A stretch of 62,528 bases of DNA, the filler included, from a bacterium (GTDB taxonomy: Bacteria > JBDRGX01), in NCBI GenBank assembly GCA_043817485.1. It is 8 parts of 8 records of this genome, joined end to end, with 100 filler letters (N's around TTAATTAATTAA, not from the genome) between each part and the next. Parts side by side here need not be neighbours in the genome. Positions count along the whole stretch, not along the records: positions 27,625 to 32,029 come from JBDRGX010000133.1; positions 32,130 to 34,479 come from JBDRGX010000134.1; positions 34,580 to 52,779 come from JBDRGX010000135.1; 5 more parts are not named here. One strand, 5' to 3'. Below, one piece after another: positions 30,104-39,839 of this stretch. A model generated the notes under the pieces. The model was not told where the DNA came from. It did not search any database and saw nothing but the letters and a program-made list of their open reading frames with translations. The first letter of the stretch is position 1. The number at the start of each line of letters is the position of its first letter. Position numbers and translations under genes: made by a program.

Positions 30104-30895
30104 TCATTTTAAAGAAATTAATTTTATTTTTCTTTTTTCAAAAGTAGCTAATTTTTTATATCCCGCTTTTTTAAGTAAATTTATTGCTTCATCAAAAGCA
30201 AAACCTACTTCTTCTTTTTTATGAGCATCTGATCCAAGCGTAATATTGACTTTTTTTTCTTGACAAATTTTTAATAAATTAAAATCGGGATAAATTTCTT
30301 GACAAGGTTTTCGTAGACCAGATGTATTCATTTCAATAATTATATTATTTTTTTTTAGAATATGAATAGTTTCTTCTAAAAGTTTTGTAATATCTTCACA
30401 AGGTCGATAATTAAACTTTTTAATTACATCTATATGAGCAATAATATCAAAAAGATGCGATTTGGCTGCTTCTTGAATTGTATGAAAATAATTTTGATAA
30501 ATATTTAAAATATTTTCTGTTTTAAATCTATTTGCATGATCTGGATGATCTATCATAAAATCTTTTACAAAATGTACAGAACCATAAACATAATCAAAAT
30601 CATATTGATTAATTAGTTTTTGTATTTCATCTTTTTTTTCGGGAATAAAATCCACTTCTATTCCTAACTTAATTTTTATTTGCGTATATTTTTTTTGCAA
30701 ATAATGAACTTTTTTTACATATAAAGGTAATTCTTTTTCTGACATAGATAATGTTGGATTTTTTATATGTAAAAGAGGTAAATGGTCAGAAAAACCAATT
30801 TCTTGTAAATTTAATTCTATGGCTTTTTCTACATATTCTTCCATTTCTCCTTGTGCATGTCCACATAATTTAGTATGAATGTGATAATCTATCAT
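30104..30895 (-). CDS. PHP-family histidinol-phosphatase (HisJ/HisK type)
   Basis: DYHIHT..CGHA, SDH.P, GIEVD, GSVH, NTSGLR, GSDAH. Confidence 0.85.
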   Translation of the reverse strand: MIDYHIHTKLCGHAQGEMEEYVEKAIELNLQEIGFSDHLPLLHIKNPTLSMSEKELPLYVKKVHYLQKKYTQIKIKLGIEVDFIPEKKDEIQKLINQYDFDYVYGSVHFVKDFMIDHPDHANRFKTENILNIYQNYFHTIQEAAKSHLFDIIAHIDVIKKFNYRPCEDITKLLEETIHILKKNNIIIEMNTSGLRKPCQEIYPDFNLLKICQEKKVNITLGSDAHKKEEVGFAFDEAINLLKKAGYKKLATFEKRKIKLISLK

Positions 30896-30915
30896 AATTA
30901 TAATTTCCTTATAAA

Positions 30916-31983
30916 TTATACATTAAATCTAAAACAAAATATATCTCCATCTTGAACTTCATATTCTTTTCCTTCAAGTCGATATAATTTGTTTTCTTTA
31001 ACTTTAGATTCAGAACCAAAAGTAATTAAATCTTTATAATTCATTACTTCTGCTCGAATAAATCCTCGTTCTATATCTGAATGTATTTTACCTGCTGCTA
31101 ATGGGGCTTTTGTATGTTGATGAATAGGATATGCTTTTACTTCTTTTTGTCCACAAGTAAAAAAAGTTACAAGATCAAACATAGAATAACAACTATTGAT
31201 TAATTTATCTAATCCAGATTTTTCTATACCTATTTCTTTCATATATTCTTTTTTTTCTTCATCTTGTAATTGAACTAAATCTGCTTCTATTAAAGCACAA
31301 ATTGCAATTACAGGAATATTTTCTCCAATAGATTTATGTATCATTTCAATAAAATTATCTCCTGGAATATCTTTTTCTTTAATATTAGCAATATATAGAA
31401 TTTTTTTTGTAGTTAATAATTGAAGTTCTCGTATTATTTCATTTTCTATTTGAGTCATTTTTTTATTTCTAAGGGGAATATTTTTATCGAGTGTTTCTTT
31501 TAATCCCAATAATATTTTCAATTGTTCTTTAATTTTAATATCTCCAGATTTTGCTTGCTTTTGTAATCGTTCAATTTTTCGTTGAATAACATCTATATCT
31601 GCAAGTATTAATTCAAGAGTTATTTCTTCAATTTCTTTTATTGGTGAAATTCCTATAATTCCTAAATGAGGATTTTCAAAACAACGAATAATTTGAATGA
31701 TTACATCTACTTCTCTGAAATGTCCTAATTTCTGTGATCCAAGTTCATTTTTACAAGTAGTATTTTGTGAATCTACAATATCAACAAATTCACAAGATGC
31801 ATAAGTTATTTTTTTAGGAGTATATATTTCTATTAATTTTTCCATTCTTTCATCTGGAACCATTACTGTTCCTATATTGACATTGTTTTTAGGATGTGCT
31901 AATGTATCAATGTTTAAACTTGTAAGTGCATTAAATAGTGTTGTTTTTCCAGATTGATGTGTACCAATTATTCCTAATTTCAT
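30916..31983 (-). CDS. ychF: YchF-family ATPase (divergent)
   Basis: G....GKTTLFNALT, VPDERM, TFFT.G, AAGKIHSDIERGFIRAEV, GKEYEVQDGDI..FRFNV. Confidence 0.85.
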   Translation of the reverse strand: MKLGIIGTHQSGKTTLFNALTSLNIDTLAHPKNNVNIGTVMVPDERMEKLIEIYTPKKITYASCEFVDIVDSQNTTCKNELGSQKLGHFREVDVIIQIIRCFENPHLGIIGISPIKEIEEITLELILADIDVIQRKIERLQKQAKSGDIKIKEQLKILLGLKETLDKNIPLRNKKMTQIENEIIRELQLLTTKKILYIANIKEKDIPGDNFIEMIHKSIGENIPVIAICALIEADLVQLQDEEKKEYMKEIGIEKSGLDKLINSCYSMFDLVTFFTCGQKEVKAYPIHQHTKAPLAAGKIHSDIERGFIRAEVMNYKDLITFGSESKVKENKLYRLEGKEYEVQDGDIFCFRFNV

Positions 31984-32029
31984 ATTTTTCCTTTTTTTAT
32001 AATTTTAATTAATTTAAAATAAATATTAT

Positions 32030-32129
32030 NNNNNNNNNNNNNNNNNNNNNNNNNNNNNNNNNNNNNNNNNNNNTTAATTAATTAANNNNNNNNNNNNNNN
32101 NNNNNNNNNNNNNNNNNNNNNNNNNNNNN
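32030..32129. other. Artificial contig linker
   Basis: N44-TTAATTAATTAA-N44. Confidence 0.98.
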
Positions 32130-33785
32130 AGAAAAAGAAATATTATGTTTGGACCTATAAGTGATGTTGTTCCTTCAACTCCAATATTTGAAATGTATCC
32201 TTTAGGTTTTATGACCATTGTTTCTTATTTAAAAAAATACAATTTAGAAGTTCGTATTATAAATCTTGCTCTTAAAATGTTATTACAATCAAATCTAAAT
32301 GTTGAAAAGCTAATTAAAAGTTTAAATCCTTTATCATTTGGTTTATCTCTTCATTGGTTGCCTCATGTACATGGTTGTTTAAACATAGCTCAATTAATAA
32401 AAAAATATCATCCTCAAACACCAATAATTGTTGGAGGAATTTCTGCTTCTTATTATCATCAAGAACTTATTTCTTTACCTTATATTGATTTCGTTATAAA
32501 AGGAGATTCTGCAGAAAAACCTTTAAAAGAATTAATTCTTGCTATTAAAGAAAAAAAAGAATTTAATTCAATTCCAAATCTTACATGGAAAAACAAAAAT
32601 GAAATAAAGGTAAATAAATTTTCTTGTGTTCCTACGAAATTAAATATACAATTTGATTATCTTGAAATGATAAAAGGAGTAATTAAATACAAAGATCCTT
32701 ATGGATATTTTCCTTTCAAAGATTGGTTTAAATATCCAATTACTGCTATATTGCCTTTTAAAGGATGTCTTCATAATTGTGCTTTTTGTGGAGGAGGAGA
32801 AAAAGCTTTTCAAAAAATTAATAATAGAAAACATTTGGCTTGTAGACCAGTAGAATTATTAGTAAAAGATATTTATAAATCTTCTAATTTATTTAATGCT
32901 CCTATAATTATTTTAGGAGATTTACATCAAGCAGGCAAATCTTATATTCAAGATTTTTTTAATTTAATAGCAAAAAAGAAAATTACCAATCATATTATTT
33001 TTGAATTATTTGCTCCAACATCATCAGATTATTTTAAATTACTTTCTAATGCAATTCCTAATTATAGTCTTCAAATTTCTCCAGAAACTCATGATGAAGA
33101 AATTAGACAAATATTGGGAAAACCTTATAGCAACACATCTTTAGAAAAAACTATTTCATCAGCATTAAAATTTAATTGTTCAAGAATAGATATATTTTTT
33201 ATAATTGGATTACCAAAGCAAGATAAAAATTCAGTTTTAGAAACTTTAAATTATTGTGAAGAATTGATTAAAAAATTTCCTGATAAAAAAGTACATCCTT
33301 ATATTGCTCCTTTAGCACCTTTTCTTGATCCAGGAAGTATTCTTTTTGAAAATCCAGAAAAATATGGATATAAATTATTTGCTCATTCATTAAATGATCA
33401 TTATCAATTATTAGAAAAATCTTCATGGAAAGATATGCTTAACTACGAAACAAAATGGTTAAATAGAAATGATTTAGTTGAAATCACTTACAAAGCAAGT
33501 TTTGAACTTAATGAAATTAAAAAAAAATATGGGTTAATCAATGAAAAAGAATATCTAAATTTAAAAAAACAAATAAATTTATCTTTACTTTTAATAGAAA
33601 AATTTGATAAAATAAAAGAACAAAAAAATGAAAATAAAAATTTTTTTAAAAAAAACTTGATAAGTAATAATATTTGCGTTAAAAAAAGATTAGAATGGAG
33701 TAAAGGAATAATTCAATTTAATTGGTATCAGATTTTTAAATCTATCATTTTAGGAGATAAAAATGGCAATAATAGAAGGATATAA
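32130..33785 (+). CDS. B12-binding-domain radical SAM protein (TIGR04190-like; 5' truncated)
   Basis: FGPISDVVPSTPIFEMYPLGF, LHWLPH, VGGISAS, CLHNCAFC, PLAPFLDPGS. Confidence 0.8.
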   Translation, partial: RKRNIMFGPISDVVPSTPIFEMYPLGFMTIVSYLKKYNLEVRIINLALKMLLQSNLNVEKLIKSLNPLSFGLSLHWLPHVHGCLNIAQLIKKYHPQTPIIVGGISASYYHQELISLPYIDFVIKGDSAEKPLKELILAIKEKKEFNSIPNLTWKNKNEIKVNKFSCVPTKLNIQFDYLEMIKGVIKYKDPYGYFPFKDWFKYPITAILPFKGCLHNCAFCGGGEKAFQKINNRKHLACRPVELLVKDIYKSSNLFNAPIIILGDLHQAGKSYIQDFFNLIAKKKITNHIIFELFAPTSSDYFKLLSNAIPNYSLQISPETHDEEIRQILGKPYSNTSLEKTISSALKFNCSRIDIFFIIGLPKQDKNSVLETLNYCEELIKKFPDKKVHPYIAPLAPFLDPGSILFENPEKYGYKLFAHSLNDHYQLLEKSSWKDMLNYETKWLNRNDLVEITYKASFELNEIKKKYGLINEKEYLNLKKQINLSLLLIEKFDKIKEQKNENKNFFKKNLISNNICVKKRLEWSKGIIQFNWYQIFKSIILGDKNGNNRRI

Positions 33786-34218
33786 TTTACCAGATGATTT
33801 ATATTATCATTTTGAACATAGTTGGGCAAAAATAGAAAATGATGGTAATGTAAAAGTAGGAATGAATGATATGTTTCAAAAAACAAGTGGAGATATTGTT
33901 TATGTAGATATGCCTTTTGAAGGAGATGTAATTTCACAAGGAGAAGTTTGTGGTAAAATACAATCAAGTAAATGGATTGGAAAATTAATTGCTCCTGTAA
34001 GTGGTGAAATTATTGCCATAAATGAAGAATTAGAAAAAAATAGTACTATTATCAATAAATCTCCTTATGATCAAGGCTGGATAATGCTTATTAAGCCTTC
34101 TAATTTGGAAGAAGAATTAAAAAATTTAATGAAAGGTGAATCAGTAATTGAATGGATGAAAAAAGAAATAAAAAAATCAGAAGAAAAAAAGAAAAAGCCA
34201 GAAGGGACAAGAGAATAA
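33763..34218 (+). CDS. gcvH: Glycine cleavage H-like lipoyl carrier protein
   Basis: YY..EHSW, GDIVYVDMP, IQSSKW (lipoyl-Lys), APVSGEI..IN, INKSPYDQGW. Confidence 0.8.
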   Translation: MAIIEGYNLPDDLYYHFEHSWAKIENDGNVKVGMNDMFQKTSGDIVYVDMPFEGDVISQGEVCGKIQSSKWIGKLIAPVSGEIIAINEELEKNSTIINKSPYDQGWIMLIKPSNLEEELKNLMKGESVIEWMKKEIKKSEEKKKKPEGTRE

Positions 34219-34339
34219 TTAAATAAAAGGAGGAAAAAAATGAAAAAAAATTTCCATATACATAAGTAAAAATTAAAATTTAAAAAAAGTTATTTACTTA
34301 TTTGAGTTTTTAATTAATTTTATTTTAGGAGAGAAAAAA

Positions 34340-34479
34340 ATGAAAATACATAAAACTATTGGTATAATATTTACAATGCTATTTATTTTTATCATAAAAA
34401 TAAATGCAATGAATGTTTGGACAATCGGAGATGAAGTAAGAATAAATCCAGAAACAGGAAAAGCTTTTGAAGATAATGC
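34340..34479 (+). CDS. Secreted hypothetical protein (3' truncated)
   Basis: AGGAG RBS and signal peptide; runs into the linker. Confidence 0.6.
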
Positions 34480-34579
34480 NNNNNNNNNNNNNNNNNNNNN
34501 NNNNNNNNNNNNNNNNNNNNNNNTTAATTAATTAANNNNNNNNNNNNNNNNNNNNNNNNNNNNNNNNNNNNNNNNNNNN
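34480..34579. other. Artificial contig linker
   Basis: N44-TTAATTAATTAA-N44. Confidence 0.98.
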
Positions 34580-34678
34580 TTGCATCTCCTTTTTTTTTTA
34601 TTTTTTTTTATTTATAGTATAAAAAAGGGGGGAGAAGCAAATAAAATCTTAATAATTGCTAATAATAAGCATTTTAAA

Positions 34679-34709
34679 GCGTATTGTCAAAATACTTTTG
34701 ACAATACGC
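34679..34709. repeat. Perfect 14-bp-arm palindrome
   Basis: GCGTATTGTCAAAA-TAC-TTTTGACAATACGC. Confidence 0.7.
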
Positions 34710-34850
34710 AAGAGAGATCAGAGATAAGTTATATGAAGAAAATAAAGGGAAGGGCTTAAAAGAGTTTGCCGATATTCTGGTAAAAGAAGCTCATGAAAGT
34801 TTATTGTGGAAAAATATTAAAATTCCATACACAAAAAATCGTTAAAGTTA

Positions 34851-34914
34851 GCTTAACCAGTTGTTCAAGCGGATGTAGCAAAAAGATGCTACACCGTTCA
34901 ACTCTGCGTTAGAC
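34851..34914 (+). mobile_element. Integron attC site 1
   Basis: R'' GCTTAAC ... TTCAAGCGG-TGTAGCA/TGCTACA-CCGTTCAA ... R' GTTAGAC; 64 bp. Confidence 0.8.
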
Positions 34915-35015
34915 TTAAAAGAAAGGGTGTTAAAATATTACTCGGGCGTTAAGAGAACAGGCAGGCGGAAAATAGTATCCAGTAAGCTATCGCTCTGGCG
35001 TAAGATATCAATCAA

Positions 35016-35147
35016 GCCTAACGAGGTGCTGCACTTAACAGCGGGAGATGGATCTCGTGATTAAGGTTTTTAAGTTTATCAACATTTTATCTTGCACATA
35101 AAGGTTAGTGGTTATTCTCCCCACTGTACGTGAGCTTATTGTTGAGT
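35016..35147 (+). mobile_element. Integron attC site 2 (long type)
   Basis: R'' GCCTAAC, L'' GCTGCAC / L' GTGAGC with an extrahelical G, stem ACAGCGGGAGA/TCTCCCCACTGT, R' GTTGAGT. Confidence 0.7.
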
Positions 35148-35184
35148 GTAACAGGAAAATTCCTTTATTGAGGGAAAATATTAA

Positions 35185-35685
35185 ATGGCGTTTATTACCA
35201 TGGAAAATCTGGAAATTACTAGTTCGCAGGAAAATAAATCTTTCCATCAGAAAACAATCATGATATTTACTGAGGGAACGATTATGGGTCCCCGTCATTG
35301 GTGGGATTGGCCTTTTGATAAAAAATATATACAGATTAATAATTGTGTAACAAAGATTATGAAATGGAAACAACAAAGCGTAAAAATTGTTTATCTCACT
35401 TCACGCACAAGGATGAAAGATATAGAGAAGATAAAAGAGAATCTACTAATAAACGGTTTTCCAGGTACACGCCTCTATTTTCGAGGACATAAGGAAAGAT
35501 ATAGCCGAGACGGTTATTCCTGCCGTTTTGGTGGAAGATGATTGTAGAAGCATTGGTGGCAAGTGGCAAATGGTAATTACGTATATACGACCGGAAATAC
35601 GAAAGCGTATTAAGTGATTGTGGTAAAAGAATTTAATGGTATAGACCATTTACCTGACACACTGTCAAGTTTACTTGAATATTGA
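35185..35685 (+). pseudogene. Frameshifted gene-cassette ORF (HAD-like hypothetical)
   Basis: IFTEGT...IVYLTSR...GFP continues in other frames as LVEDDCRSIGG and IVVKEFNGIDHLP; two frameshifts near 35498 and 35615. Confidence 0.65.
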
Positions 35686-35714
35686 CAAATAAATAGGGAC
35701 AGATACCTATTAAA

Positions 35715-35770
35715 AGTCTCAGTCGTTGGAGCTTACTCGCTTCGCTCGCAGCTTAGCTCAGTTGTTAGGT
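35715..35770 (+). mobile_element. Integron attC site 3 (degenerate R'')
   Basis: CAGTCGTTGGAGCTTACTCGCTTCGCTCGCAGCTTAGCTCAGTTGTTAGGT; R' GTTAGGT; follows the cassette stop. Confidence 0.6.
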
Positions 35771-35877
35771 TGTATGGGTAGAGAGTATAATCTCAGGGGG
35801 AATTAATTTTGAAATACTTGGAGAAACCATCAACATTGAACCAAAACAATACAAAATACATAAAAGAAAAAAATACA

Positions 35878-36035
35878 AATATCATATTTTTAATTTAAAA
35901 TTATAAACATTATATTAGTAAAACTGATTGAAATTTAATATCATGCCTACGGCATTTGTATTATGTGGAAATGATTTTTTTTTACTGATTGTCCCGATGG
36001 AACATTTGTAGATATTCGTTCCGTAGAAACGAAAT
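35878..36035. repeat. REP-like hairpin mosaic
   Basis: ATGCCTACGGCAT, TGTCCCGATGGAACA and TTCGTTCCGTAGAAACGAA; colinear with 53561-53720. Confidence 0.7.
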
Positions 36036-36039
36036 AATG

Positions 36040-36080
36040 ATAGCCAAAAGAATTGATTAATCCAATCTCTTTTGGCTATT
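36040..36080 (-). terminator. Terminator-like hairpin downstream of the PilX-like gene
   Basis: ATAGCCAAAAGA...TCTTTTGGCTAT. Confidence 0.55.
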
Positions 36081-36143
36081 TATTTATACTCTATTTGGCT
36101 TTTCATACATTACTGTTTTTATTGCAACACATTTGTTTTGTTA

Positions 36144-39029
36144 TTACTTCATTTGTCTCCAATTGACAACTCGAGTAGTAACTGAACTTGGCACTGAAAT
36201 ACCACCTTCTCCTAATAAAGTTCTCCCAATAGTAGCATCATAAGTAATTGTTCCAAAATTCTTTATTTCTGCTTTTCTTCCACCAATAATACAACCTGTA
36301 AAAGATGCTCCTTGTTGTGAAGCTCCAGGAGCTTGAAGAATTGCATCTTTTCCAGCTCTTATTCCAGCCGTTACTGTGAAATAAGGATTTGCTCCTTCTA
36401 AAGTAATACTAACTGTTTCATCTTTAGAAATAAAATATCCGCTAATAGTAATAACTCTATCAGTATTTGTAAGTGTAATATTTTTTTTTGCATAAAAATT
36501 TCCTTTAATTTTATCACGGAATTTTTGAGCATCTCTATAAAAACCAAAAAGAATGTTTTCATTACTGCGAGCATAAGTTAAATCTATTGCAAAATTTCCT
36601 GACCATTCAACTGGTTGATTATAAGAAATAAAAGAAATACTACCATTTGTTTCTAATTTTCCACTTATTCCAGCAGTACCCGCTGATTGACCAGAAGCAA
36701 TAATAATACCTGGTTCTACTATATACGGTCTACTAATATCATCACCAATATCTATTATCGGACTTCCGCTTGTTTGATAACCACCATTCCAATGAAGAAA
36801 TCTTACTGTATTGTCTCCTTTGGCTTTCATTTCAGAAATTCCATTAAACACTTGAGCAGATTGATTAGCACTATTTTCAGAGCTTATAATAATAATATTT
36901 CCACCACTATGAAAAATACAATTACCATCTGGATGAGCAGAAATATCCATATCACAAGGAACACTACCACAACCTCTCATAAGAATATCTCCATTAGATT
37001 TAGCAATAGAATTTTGCATTATTCTCATACGTTGTTTATTAGTAGAAAGAAAAGAAATGCTTTTTTCTGTATAAAATTCACATGCCATTATTTCATTTTT
37101 TTTTATTGAAGTATGAGCTTCAGAACTCCATTGTCCATTAAGAATAATAATTCCGTTTTTTACCCAACAATCAACATTATTTCTTCGTACATTTGTAAAA
37201 CCATTTGTTCCTTTTGCTTTTATTATTACATTATTTAATGATTGTCCTTGCCAAAGATCATAAATTTCAACATTTTCTCCTACTTGAATATCTACACTTG
37301 CAAAACCTATACCACGAGCAACATGATGATTAAAAGCAATAAAAGATTTAGGAGTTCTAATTTTAAGTTTATTAGTTGAAGAACTTCCTGTTATGTATTG
37401 AGAACCTTTTCCATTAGCAACAATATAGATATTCCCTTGACTATGTAATGAACTATTAATATGATGATAAGCAGGTGCAGTTACATCCATTCCTTTACAA
37501 ATAACAATACCAGCATTTTCTAAAACTCTTTCTCTTGGACTACCTGCATCAATGGTATAATTCATCATTCCAGAACTTCTTAATTCTATATAAAGACCAC
37601 TTGAAATACGATCTCCACAATCAAAAATTATTGCTCCACCACTATGAATAGAATTTTCATTTCCTTCTGAATAAATACCTTGATCCCATGGAGATTGAGC
37701 AAGAAACATAAAATTACCATTAGTTTTTATATTAACTTTTTCATAAAAATAAGTATAAGTTGTAGAAGGAGGTTTCATAGTAAAATTACCTTTTGCTTGA
37801 AATCTACCATATAAATAATAAGCAGAATAATTAGTAAAATTTCCATAAGTATAAACTTGAAGATTTCTAAGCAAATTAATTGATTTCCCTTGTTCACTAT
37901 TAAAAAAAATATTCCCACCTGCTAAAAGACTTATTTCAGTTTCTGTTGAAGAACCTTCAATACGCACAGTACTTTTATTATCGCAAATATCTTTTTCTGA
38001 TATTAATCTTCCATTGCTTGTTAAATTTAATGTTATTGAATCACTACTACTACCAGTTCCAATATAAATATTTTCAGTAGTATAGTATGTTTTGTTAATA
38101 GTTTGCCAAGATTGGGTAAAATTAATATCTGTTGTGTAATATGTACCATCAGCAATGGCTTTTGCTTTATAATAAGCTAAATTAGATGCTTTGTCTCTAC
38201 CATTAAAATAAGAAGGATCTGATAAATCTGGTGTTAATGGAGATTCAATACTTAAAGAAACAGTATCTGGTAAAGTAATTGATGGTGCTGTTAAAACTGG
38301 TATTGCATTTATTAATAAAGGAGTTTCTCCAACAGTTTTTACTCTTTTTTCTCTAGTTATTTGCGTTGCTAAAATTCCTTCTGGTTCTCCATCATGAGTA
38401 GTAAGATTACCAGTTATTTTTACTTTATTAGTATATGAACCAGTAAAAACAACTTTTCTATCTGAAAAAATATTTCCCGTAATAGGAATTTCACTTCCTG
38501 GACTATAATTGCAAGTTACTTTGATTTCATTATTCGCATTTCCACCTGTACAACCAAGAACTGGCCAATTTTCAGAACTATATACAGAAGATGTTTTTAC
38601 TACAACATTAAGTCTTTTAGTAACACCACCTCTAAATATAAATCTTCCTGTGTTTTCATTATAACTTTGGAAATTTCCTCCTACATTTGCTTCAGAAATA
38701 ATAGTACAATAACCTTTTGCTGGTTTATTTTGTAAAATAATAATATTTAATTTTTTATTTTGTACTTTATTTCTTAATGTATTATATCCTGTTCCCATTG
38801 AAATATTAGATATAGGTCCTGCAATATTAGGATTAGATTTTAATGTTTTTCGAGCATTAGCAATACCTGCTTCAGCTAAATGTAAAGCTTGTAAACTTTG
38901 TACTTTATCTACTATTTTTTTCCCTCCTTCTTGTATATTATTTGAAAAGTAAATTCCCGCAACAGCAGCAGCAGCCACAATAACAAGTACTATTATAAAA
39001 ACCATTCCTTTTTCATTTTTGTATTTCAT
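36144..39029 (-). CDS. Large PilX-like minor pilin with a repetitive beta-solenoid body
   Basis: NEKG|MVFIIVLVIV prepilin-like leader, QALHLAEAGI, repeated (H/K)S.G.I motifs, C-terminal ITYD...VVNWRQ. Confidence 0.75.
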   Translation of the reverse strand: MKYKNEKGMVFIIVLVIVAAAAVAGIYFSNNIQEGGKKIVDKVQSLQALHLAEAGIANARKTLKSNPNIAGPISNISMGTGYNTLRNKVQNKKLNIIILQNKPAKGYCTIISEANVGGNFQSYNENTGRFIFRGGVTKRLNVVVKTSSVYSSENWPVLGCTGGNANNEIKVTCNYSPGSEIPITGNIFSDRKVVFTGSYTNKVKITGNLTTHDGEPEGILATQITREKRVKTVGETPLLINAIPVLTAPSITLPDTVSLSIESPLTPDLSDPSYFNGRDKASNLAYYKAKAIADGTYYTTDINFTQSWQTINKTYYTTENIYIGTGSSSDSITLNLTSNGRLISEKDICDNKSTVRIEGSSTETEISLLAGGNIFFNSEQGKSINLLRNLQVYTYGNFTNYSAYYLYGRFQAKGNFTMKPPSTTYTYFYEKVNIKTNGNFMFLAQSPWDQGIYSEGNENSIHSGGAIIFDCGDRISSGLYIELRSSGMMNYTIDAGSPRERVLENAGIVICKGMDVTAPAYHHINSSLHSQGNIYIVANGKGSQYITGSSSTNKLKIRTPKSFIAFNHHVARGIGFASVDIQVGENVEIYDLWQGQSLNNVIIKAKGTNGFTNVRRNNVDCWVKNGIIILNGQWSSEAHTSIKKNEIMACEFYTEKSISFLSTNKQRMRIMQNSIAKSNGDILMRGCGSVPCDMDISAHPDGNCIFHSGGNIIIISSENSANQSAQVFNGISEMKAKGDNTVRFLHWNGGYQTSGSPIIDIGDDISRPYIVEPGIIIASGQSAGTAGISGKLETNGSISFISYNQPVEWSGNFAIDLTYARSNENILFGFYRDAQKFRDKIKGNFYAKKNITLTNTDRVITISGYFISKDETVSITLEGANPYFTVTAGIRAGKDAILQAPGASQQGASFTGCIIGGRKAEIKNFGTITYDATIGRTLLGEGGISVPSSVTTRVVNWRQMK

Positions 39030-39212
39030 TTTATTTTCCTCCTTTTTCTATGAAAAAGATATTTTCATATTTAATTTATTTTTATTTCTTTCTATTTAAT
39101 TATAGTGAAAAATAAGGTAGAAAAGTCAAATTATTTTAAAATAATTTTTAAAATAATTTTTTTTTGGTGAGAATATTGATAAAAAAATGTAAAGTTTTTT
39201 TGAAATGGCTTA

Positions 39213-39410
39213 ATACCAATTTGCATTCAAAATGATAATAAGGCGAAAAAAAATAAAAATTATGAATTTAAAATTAGTCAAATAACACAGTTGATAACAA
39301 AGCCAACACAGTTAGCGTTAAAATTCTTCACCTTGAACCGACGATTTAAATCGTCGGTTCACCATATAAGTAGAAAATCCTTTGATTTGTTTAATACCAA
39401 TTTGCAATTA
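39213..39410. mobile_element. Rearranged MITE-like copy with a 28-bp palindrome
   Basis: ATACCAATTTGCATTCAAAATGATAATAAGGCG and AGCCAACACAGTTAGCGTT as at 12237; TGAACCGACGATTTAAATCGTCGGTTCA at 39334-39361; a second left end at 39394. Confidence 0.65.
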
Positions 39411-39426
39411 AAAATAAAACAATATA

Positions 39427-39786
39427 TTATTTACTTTTTATTATTTTATTATTTTCATCTAAAAGAACTATACTTGGTTTTATTTTATCTAAATCATCTT
39501 CTGAAACTAAAGCATAAGCAAGAATACAAAGTTTATCTCCAATTTGTCCTCGTCTTGCTGCTGGACCATAAAGAATAATAAGTCCAGAATTTTCTTTTTC
39601 TTCTATTACATATGTTTCAATTCGTTCTCCATTATTTAAATTAAGTACATGTACTTTTTCATAGAGAGCAATATTGCTTTTTTTTATAATTGCTTTATCT
39701 ATACCAATACTACCTTTATAATATAATTCTGTTTTACTAATAGTTGCTTGATGAATTTTAGATTTTAAAAATTCTCTTAAAATCAT
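39427..39786 (-). CDS. panD: Aspartate 1-decarboxylase
   Basis: LKSKIHQAT, YKGSIGID cleavage site, NNGERIETY, GPAAR. Confidence 0.92.
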   Translation of the reverse strand: MILREFLKSKIHQATISKTELYYKGSIGIDKAIIKKSNIALYEKVHVLNLNNGERIETYVIEEKENSGLIILYGPAARRGQIGDKLCILAYALVSEDDLDKIKPSIVLLDENNKIIKSK

Positions 39787-39839
39787 TTATGATCTCCTTT
39801 TTATATTTAATTTTTTTTTGTTTATTTTTTCTACAGAAG

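Noticed and set aside
39291-39578. 95-aa ORF (similarly 44108-44335, 54016-54201 and 35035-35376)
   Set aside because: They run through repeat or attC elements or antisense to real genes, and show no protein motifs.
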